Shown: positions 54,649-64,000 of the stretch, piece after piece
How positions within the stretch are numbered: the stretch's first letter is position 1
How the letters are laid out: each line of letters starts with the position of its first letter
The notes under the pieces: model-generated
Told to the model about the DNA's origin: nothing
What the model saw: the letters and a program-made list of their open reading frames with translations, nothing else
The model's database searches: none
Translations under genes and position numbers: made by a program
From: Octopus vulgaris
Lineage: Eukaryota
DNA: 64,000 bases
Assembly (NCBI GenBank): GCA_951406725.2
Contig: OX597829.1
Span: forward strand, 23,994,001 to 24,058,000
Direction of reading: 5' to 3'

Positions 54649-56870
54649 CTACTGTCTTTTGAATATCTTGGGTTTTCTTGAAAGTTATGTGACTCATCAA
54701 AAATATTTTCCAAGTAGAATAATAATAGAAAGGAACAGTTAGAGATTATAATCTTTGAAGTTATGTTGAAACCACCATTATTGCAAAGATAAGGAAGCAT
54801 AATAAATACATTTATTTGAACAGCAGAGGCAGGCTTATGTGGTCTCTACATCTGCCCCCTCATGTTATACACGGCCATCAAAAAGAAAAGAAAAACGAGG
54901 TAAAGACACTTTAGATGGTGTAGTCCCATGGCTGGATTGCCTTTAATGAGTAGTCTGCTGAATCAGAGTTGACCTAGGGTTGAACAACAACAATGGCAAC
55001 AAAGAATAGATTCCCTGCAATAAAATCTAACAAGAAAATGCTGTAAAATATTTAATTTTCTTAATTGCACAAATGTTTTCAATAGACAAGGAAAAGCATA
55101 AAATAATTATACATTCACACAGACATGTACACACACTCATGCCCACATACATTGTATTTGTGTGTGTATGTTACAGAGCTTGTTTCTTGATGACAGAGGC
55201 ATTTATCAAGATAAAATTCTTTGGTGTAGGGTCCAAAGAACCCAAAGATTTCTTGCATCAATGTTGCTTGGTACAACTAGAGAGAACAGATATTGTCAGA
55301 AGACTGAAATATTGATACTATGCCGTCATCGTCATCACCATAATTGTTTTTATGTCTGTTGGCTTGTGTCATACAAGACTTTTTGAGTCAGGACTTTGTG
55401 GTCAGAGACACTTCTTTGGAATTCATGCATCAAACCTGCTGAGCTATTGGTCTTTTGTCCATGCAGGACATAAACCCATATCACCACTGCTCATGTGGTA
55501 TCAATGCAGACATCTTCAGACAGCTTCCCATCCACTGCATGACACCTAAAAGAAACCCGTCACGTATGTGTTTGCATCCATAAAAATTGCTCTCTTTGTG
55601 CAGTGTTGCTGTTGTTACTTCTCTTGTCTGCGAAATGCCCGTTCACTCTGTACCTTTAAAGTGTATGGAATAATTTATCCCTTGTTTGAAGAACATACAA
55701 TGATCAGTGATAAGGTTATCCAGCTGTAAAATAATACCTCAATAACATATACATCCAACCAATTCCAGCATTCGTGAGAAAAAAAAAAAACATAAAGGCA
55801 AACACACACACACACACACACATACATATATATGCATATAGTTGTTCAATAAGTGTTTGCACGTCAGAAAAAGCAGTCTCATATTAATAGAATAGGTGCA
55901 TTATCATTATTTATATAATATTATGGTTTCAAAGGTGGAGCTGGCAGAAACGTTACCATGCCAGGCGAAATGCTTAGCAGTATTTCAACTGTCTTTACGT
56001 TCTGAGTTCAAATTCCGCCAAGGTCAACTTTGCCTTTCATCCTTTCGGGATTGATAAATTAAATCCCAGTTGTGCACTGGAGTCGATCTAATCAACTGGC
56101 CCCCTCCCCCTAAATTTCAAGCCTTGTGCCTAGAGTAGAAAAGAATATTATGGTTTCACAACAGCCAAGTAATGTTACTGAATCGTTTCATGCTGATGAC
56201 CTTCAAGAAATAGAAAGGTAAATTAGCAATCATTGAACATGGCTAAATGGAAGCACCTGTTCAAGCATGTACTATGATTGCTAATTTATACTCTACGTTG
56301 TTTAGAGGAATTAGCAAGATATTATCAAGAAATATATAAATACAAGAGCAGGGATAACTGTCACTCACAAGCAAGTATGACTTGATAGCAAGTATCATGC
56401 ATTTACTAATTGTTTTAGGAGCTTATGTAACCACAAACAGACATAACAGCATCTTAGCCCTATCACACTTGCCCCAGCAGAACATTGAGGATTGACAGCT
56501 AAAGAGAGAGGGGGGGATGCACTACCAGTTGGTTGGTACTTAATTACAGCCAAGTAGGCTGAGGCAGTGTGAAATGAAGTGCATTGCCTAAGGACACGCT
56601 GTGCCACCTATTTTAGGAATTGAAACCCACTACCTTATGATCGGGAGTTCTGTGTCAAACCACTAGACCACATGATGCCTTCATACACTTCCTCAATTAC
56701 AATGGATTATCTTTTGACTCTGTTTGTCATGGGTGTGTTATGTGTGTGTTTCTAATACTTCAAAGATGCATGAAAAAATTTAATAGCAAGTGAAAGAATG
56801 CTTTTTTTTATAAATTTTTTTTTTTTTTTTGGAGCTTATTTCTTATTTTTTCTGCATGGTTTTTATTCAG

Positions 56871-56975
56871 CACCAAAGAAAATCTCATCTTCAAAGACTC
56901 CCAGTACTGGGAAAATTAATGTGACAAACAATGTGACAAAGGACAAAAAGTCTCCTGCCTTAAAACATTCCTCGC
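56871..56975 (+). CDS. Coding exon of the same gene, (T)PKKISSSKTPSTGKINVTNNVTKDKKSPALKHSS
   Basis: Acceptor ttttattcAG after a long T tract, donor C|GTAAGT. 105 nt, symmetric phase 1-1, in frame with 48618-48705. Confidence 0.8.
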
Positions 56976-57431
56976 GTAAGTTACTAACTATGTTAGACTG
57001 CCTGTCTTTAGTTATGAATTCAAGCTCCGTTGAAGTAGCTTGACCATTCCTATATTTTTTATCCTTCCATCACATCTGTTTTTCCTGGTTTCGTTTATTT
57101 ATTTACATATATATATATATGTTCATATTTGTTTCCTGTTTTTGTAATCCTACTTTAAAAAAAAAAATTGTCATTCCATTTAAATATTTTTTTGATCCCA
57201 GTTTTAACAATTTTGTTAATTCAGTTTTAACAATTTCATTATCCCTGTTTTAAAAGAAATTTTCTGTTATTTTTATGTAATGTTTTTTAATCATATAATT
57301 CTTTTCTTTTCTTTTTTTGTAATTTTATTCACATTCCATGATAATTTTTTTTAAACTTCCAATTTCAGATTTAGGGTGGTTTGGGGTTTTACTTTTTTTT
57401 TTTTCTTTTTTCTGTTACTCATTGTCATCAG

Positions 57432-57446
57432 GTGCTTTCCTTACAC
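57432..57446 (+). CDS. Candidate 15-nt microexon, (R)AFLT
   Basis: Long polypyrimidine tract, then tcatcAG|GTGCTTTCCTTACAC|GTAACT. Phase 1-1, frame-preserving, no stop. Confidence 0.5.
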
Positions 57447-57984
57447 GTAACTCTGTACTTTATTTGTAGGAAAATATTAATATATTCAAATAGAAACATG
57501 AATCATCATAATGGCTCATTTACTTGAGAGAGAGAGAGATCCAATATCATAGAAGCACTTTTCACGCCTTAGGTTAGAGGTTACAGGTCATAGGTCACCA
57601 AGTAGTTAGCATTATATAACACTAAACTTGCATGCTGCCCACAATTATTACTTGTCTGTATTACACAGACAAACTCACACATTCACGTAAATACACATAC
57701 ATATAAACACATTCACATAGACATTAATACATATAAAATTCACACACATTTGTATTCACATACATATAAAACACACATATTTACACACATGTATTCACAT
57801 ACACTCACACTACCCATACACACATATGTATATATGTTCTCACACACATCTATATACATATATGCACTCACACACACACACACACTTATACACATTCACA
57901 TACACCACTCATATCCACATGCATATATGCACTCACACACACTTGTACACTAAAATATACATACACACACATAGACATTACTGA

Positions 57985-58369
57985 GTCATTAGAATGCCTT
58001 GTGGTATTTTACACTGTCTGTGCTCTTAGTTCAAATCTCAACAAGGGTAGCTTTGCCTTTCACCCTTCAAGGTCAGTTTTATTGATTGCACTCCACACTC
58101 TGAAAATTGCTGACTTTTTGCCAAAATCAGAAACTATTTCTATTGTTGTTGTTATTTTTATTAAGGTGGTAGAATTGTTAGCACACTGGGGAAAATGCTT
58201 AGCAAAATTTCATCTGTCTCTAAATTCTGAGTTCAAATTCTGCCGAGGGGTCAATAAAATAAGTCCAAGTTCAGTACTGGGATCAATGTAATCAACTTAC
58301 CTCACCCCCGAAGTTGATAGAATTGTACCAAAATTTGAAACCATCATCATCATAATCATCATCATCATC

Positions 58370-58401
<32 letters not shown>

Positions 58402-58412
58402 TATCAATATTA

Positions 58413-58458
<46 letters not shown>

Positions 58459-59830
58459 GGCAGAATCATTAGCTGCCAGGCAAAACACTCATCAGCATTT
58501 CATCTATCTTTACATTCTGAGTTCAATTTCTGCTGAGATTGACTTTACCTTTCATCCTTTCAGAATCAAAAAATTAAGCACCAGTCAAGTACTGCTGTTG
58601 GTGTGATTGACTATATCCCTCCCCAAAAATTTCAGACCTTGTGCCTATAGTATAAAGGATTATTATTGTTATTATTAAGGCAGCAAGCTGATAGAATTGG
58701 TAGCACCAAGGGCAAAATATAAGCGTAGGAATGGCTGTGTGGTAAGTAGCTTGCTTACCAACCACATGGTTCCGGGTTCAGTCCCACTACGTGGCACCTT
58801 GGGCAAGTGTCTTCTACTATAGCCTCAGACTGACCAAATCTGTGTGAGTGGATTTGGTAGATGGAAACTGAAAGAAGCCCATCGTATATATGCATATATA
58901 TATATATGTGTATGTGTGTGTGCCTGTGTTTATTCCCCCAACATCGCTTGACAACCAATGCTGGTGTGTTTACGTCCCCCATAACTTAGCTGTTCGGCAA
59001 AAGAGACCGATAGAATAAGTACTAGGCTTCCAAAGAATAAGTCCCAGGGGTCGATTTGCTCGACTAAAGGCGATGCTCCTGCATGGCCACAGTCAAATGA
59101 CTGAAACAAGTAAAAGAGTAAAATGCTTAGTGACATTTAATCTGTCCTTGTGTTCTGAGTTAAAATTTCAGCAGGGTCACTAAAATAATACCAGTTGAAC
59201 CCTGGGGTCAATGTAATCAACTTGCCACTCCTCTGAAATCACTGTGCCAAAATTTGGAACTATTATTATTATTATTATTATCATCATCATCAACAACAAC
59301 AACAAGAGGAAGAGGAAGAAGATGGTGAGCTGGCATGATCATTAACATGATCGCCAGTCACCATGTTCTGTGTTCTGCCAAGGTCAACTTTTCGTTTCAT
59401 CCTTTTGGGGGTCGATTAACTAAGTACCAGTTACACACTGGGGTCAATGTAATTGATGTGCGTGTGTGTGTGTTTGCCTTTACATTTTTTTTTAACTCGA
59501 ATGTTGGAATTGATTGGAAGTATATGTTATTGAAGTATTTTTTTACAGCTGGATAACCTTCTTATCCCGCCTTTCCCAAAATTTCAGGCCTTGTGCCATT
59601 AGTAGAAAGGAATATTATTAAGATAACAAGCTAGCAGAATCATTAGCATGCTGGGCAAAATTCTTAGTGACATTTCTTTCATCTTAATATTCTGAGTTCA
59701 ACTTTGCCTTTCCTGCTTTTATCAAGGTCAATAGAATAAATACCCGCCAAGTTTTGAGGTTGATGTAATCAACTTCCCCCTCCCCTCAAAAACTACTGGG
59801 TGGCGCTGTGCCAAAATTTGAAACCACTTA

Positions 59831-59865
<35 letters not shown>

Positions 59866-60073
59866 TACATATCACCAGTAGAAACAGTCTTGTCAGACTG
59901 AAGTGTATTGTATTACGCACTAACGATACCGAATAATCAAAGCTAGGTGCTGCTTTATTAATGATATTATTAATATCAATTTATTTAAAATGTAGTGACC
60001 TAGTCTTTCAGCACCTAACTGGCATAAAAGCAAAAATTAGAAGGCAAAGAAAATGAGCAAGAGAAACAAGGAT

Positions 60074-60126
<53 letters not shown>

Positions 60127-62030
60127 GGAGTAAGCACATAAATGTGAAACAAGGTGGAAAAAAGAGTACTCAAATACCAGAAGCAGAGTAATATGCTTTA
60201 TTTAAAAGCAGCAGAAATATAACAAAATCTGTTACTCAGAGTTCCAAGTTCCCGATCGTCGGACAGTTTTGTTATAAAAAAAAAAAAGATTATTATTAAG
60301 AGAACAAGCTAGAAGAATCATCAACAAAACTGTCTGACAAACGGGAACGTGGAACTCTGAGTAACAGCTTTTATATTTCTGCTGCTTTTAAATAAAGTGT
60401 ATATATATATGATTTTAACTTTTTCAGTGTGAGATTACATTTCAAAGAAAAAAAACATGGTAAAATTTTGAAGAGATTCTTATTGTTTGTTTCTTTTTTT
60501 TTTTTTTTTCCTAATAAGGCTTGGGTAGTTGATGAGCCCTTCCACCAAATCATCTTTAAAGAAAGATATTGAAGAAATCTAAGTATGCATACATACATGC
60601 ATCATACATCCATTCATTCATTTTGTGTCTGTGCTTGTCCCCAGCCACTCCTTCACAACCAGTTCAGCAAAAGAGACCATTAGAATTAGTACCAGGGTTT
60701 AAAGAATGAAAATAAATACCCAGCATGGACACAGTCTAATGACTGAAATGATAAAGTAAGTGGATAGAGATAGATATGTAGGTAGATAGCTAGATAGACA
60801 GTCAGACACAGAGAGATATATGTTGACAGATGATGGATAGGTAGGTAGGTAGCAGGCAGACAAATAGACAGACAGACAAATATGTTGTACTAAATAAGTA
60901 AGGAGAGGTTCCACTCCTCTGGGCTTTGGCCATTATTTTGTCTTTAATGCTAAGCATGGTATTTTACAGTTCTTTTAATTAAAAGATGTGGTCTCTATTT
61001 TTAAAGAGAGTGAGTCTGTTGTGGGAGCGTTTGCTGTTACACTGAGCAGGTCAAGTCACTACATAGAAACTTTTTATGTGGCATCCATTGAGGTGAGGGA
61101 TGTGGGTGATACATTAAACTGGTCAACTGACCACATAGCTTCTTCTTCCTCTCTGCCCTCCTCTCCCCCTCTTGTTCATTTTCTTCTAATTTAACTAAGA
61201 ATCTGGGTGTTAGTCACCAAACTTCAAGACAACAATCCTCAGCTACCTAAAGTGGCATGTAAAAGTTTTATAATAATGATGATAATAATAATAATCCTTC
61301 CTACTAAAGGCGGAAAATTTGAAACTTTGGGCAAGGCCAACATTGCTTCACATCCTTTTGGAGTTAATAAATTAAGTACCAGTGAAATTGACTATCCCCC
61401 ACCCTGAAATTCCAGGTCTTTTGCCTATAGTAGAAAGGATTATTATTATTATTATTAACGGCGGTGCATCAGCATGGCCACAGCTCTGAGCCAAAACTAC
61501 AGAAAAGAAATTATTATTATTAAGGCAGTGAACTGGCAGAATTGTTAGCATGCCAGGCAAAATGCTTAGTGGCATTTCATCTGTCTTCATATTCTGAGTT
61601 CAAATTCTGCCGAGGTCAAGTTTGCTTTTCATCCCTTCAGGGTCGATAAAATAAGCACCAGTTGAACACTGAGGTCTATGTAATCGACTCATCTCCTCTC
61701 ACAAAACTGCTACCCTTGAGGCAAAATTTGAAATCATTGATGATGATGTTGTTGTTGTTGTTGTTGGTGTTGTTGTTGTTAAGGCGTCAGGCTGGCAGAA
61801 TCGTTAGCATGACAGCCAAAATGCTTACCAGCATTTCATCTGTCTTACCAGCATTTCATCTGTCTTACCATTCTGATTTCAAATTCTACCAAGGTCGGCT
61901 TTGTGTCCTTGCAGAGTCAATAAATTAAGTACCAGTGAAGCACTGTAGTCAATGTAGTCAACTATTCCCCTTCCCCTAAATTTCAGGCCTTGTACCCTAA
62001 GTAGAAAGGATTATTATTATTATTATTTCG
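57985..62030 (+). mobile_element. Second cluster of + strand OK/Meta-like SINEs with (ATT)n/(ATC)n spacers, plus a nested CORE SINE
   Basis: Repeated ttctgagttcaaattc...aagtaccag...aaaggattattatt units. Confidence 0.7.
60124..60397. mobile_element. Inverted pair of hammerhead-like family H elements
   Basis: Arms 60196-60273 and 60323-60397 are reverse complements, each carrying a CYGACRA...GGAAC TCTGAGTA ACAG motif; abuts (TA)n. Confidence 0.6.
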
Positions 62031-62276
62031 CGCAAGGCCAGCAACTTTAGAGGAAGCGGTTTAGTTGATTACATAGCCCCCAGTGCTCAACAGTCACCTA
62101 TTTTATCAACCCTGGAAGATAGCGAAACAAAATCAACCTTGGCAGCATTTGAACTCGAAAAATAAAGAGCTGGATGAAGTGCTGTAAACATTTTTGTCCA
62201 ACATATGATTCTGTCATCTCATCACCTTAAACACACCAGCATTGGTTGTCAAGCGATGTTGGGGGGACAAACATAT

Positions 62277-62322
<46 letters not shown>

Positions 62323-64000
62323 CGGACTTCTTTCAGTTTCCGTCTACCAAATCCACTCACAAGGCTTTGGTTGACCCGAGGCTGTAGCAGAAGACACTTG
62401 CCCAAGGTGCCACACAGTGGTACTGAACCCGGAACTATGTGGTTGGTAAGCAAGGTACTTACCACACAGCAACTCCTGCTAACGATTCTGCTGGCTCACT
62501 GCTTTAATGATAATAATAATAAGAATTTAAGTTTTATGTTATTTTATATTTATTTAAGATTTTCAGATTTTGGAAGCTTAGTTTATGAAAATCTTAAGTT
62601 GTAGTTTAAAGGGAGAATATATATTTATAAACATTTGTTGCATGCTCTTTAACTTCTCACTCCTCTCTTTCTGTTTATTTATTTATCTATCTGTCTATCT
62701 ATATCTATCTATCATTACCACTACCTAAATGCTGTCTTCCAAACTAGCATCGTAATCTTTAAGATGTCTTATACCTGTCATCTCTTCTGGTTTCCACTGA
62801 CTTCGAGAGGAAGTTTTATAATTGGATGTTGCCATATGTACAGCTTCTATCATATTTTCTATGCCATCTACCAGCTTTTTGGAGCTTGTGGAGAGAGAGA
62901 GAAGTTACGATGATGATGATTATAATAATAATAATGATCATGATGATGACAACAACAAAAATTTTAAAGGTAGCAGCTTGTAGATGGCAGTTTACATGTA
63001 ACATTGTTGATATGTGGCTTCCTTCTATTACAGACAGACATTCTGAAAGAGATAACCCACTTTTTCCCTTCTCTCTTTTTTTTCCCTTCCTAATTTTAAA
63101 TCAAAGTGTTGCATGGTGGTGACGGGGAGCAGGGCAGGAAGAAAGTAAATCTTATTGATAGATGTTAAGAATTTTATACTTGATTTTTTTTCTTTATATA
63201 TATATGAGTGTAAGGTTCACATAAACAAGAGAAAGGGGAAGTTCCATCTATGAGGGCTATTTTGTTTATCAAAAAACTCGAGCAGCTAACAGTAACCACT
63301 TTTATTGGTAGTTCCTTAACTTCCTGAAATTTAGTGCTTCTCATTTTCATCTTATAGTCCAGAATATTTAAAAGTTGATTTCTTTCTTTCTTTCATTGGC
63401 CCTGACAATCCAAAAGTGACATCTTCTTTCTATATGTACTTTCTTCTTCTGTTCTGTTTCTTTAGATAGTTCAGAAAACTTTAATCTTTGAATCAAAGAC
63501 ATGTGGCGGGATCTTCCATTTCACAACTATACAAACTAATATTCTTTATCTTTCATAGCTGTAACTAATTCCAAACTCCTCACTCTTCTATTCTTTGTCT
63601 TCTCTACATTTCACCAAAAAACAGAAAGTAAACCTCTTTGTTTTTTCCTTTTATCTTTTCTTCTCTGTATCTCTCTCTCTTTACATACATGTGTGTGCAT
63701 GTCTGTGTGCATGGTGTGTATCTTTGAAGAAAAGAGCCCACTTATGTCCTTAATATCTTGGATTCTACCCATGTCCACTTTATTCTTCAATGCCATGTCT
63801 TCGTTGGCTTATTCCGTATTGAATGCTTCTACCAAACTCTACAGACTGCTTTTAGGGCACAGAATTTTAAAAGTTGGAAGTTATTTACCGAAAAAGACTT
63901 CTTCTGTAGGTATGTTCCATGTATCTGAAATATTGTTTTTATGCTAAAACCTGATTTTCCTTTCTTTCCTTACATATGTAGAAACATTGTAGAGTAATTT

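Overview
Eukaryotic, AT-rich, microsatellite-dense DNA. The SINE, microsatellite and MITE content strongly resembles an Octopus (coleoid cephalopod) genome; this is inferred from recalled repeat families, not from a search. The window is almost all intron of one + strand gene. Four GT-AG exons (<1-334, 32030-32118, 48618-48705, 56871-56975) join in frame into a basic K/S/T/P-rich disordered protein with tau/MAP2-like motifs (KSDVKSTIGS, PDYSKVKSKL). Several candidate microexons lie near Rbfox- and Nova-type motifs. The introns hold dozens of SINEs from at least 4 families, decayed LINEs (CR1, RTE, RLE/R4-like), decayed Tc1/mariner transposases (one DD37D), four piggyBac-type MITEs, two non-autonomous Helitrons and several foldback palindromes. 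The most notable items are (i) short elements with type-I hammerhead-ribozyme architecture (Penelope/retrozyme-like), often as inverted pairs, (ii) a 354-bp near-perfect palindrome about 1 kb downstream of an exon, and (iii) the candidate microexons. Most ORFs in the supplied track are microsatellite or SINE artefacts. Repeat boundaries are approximate unless a TSD or TIR is quoted.
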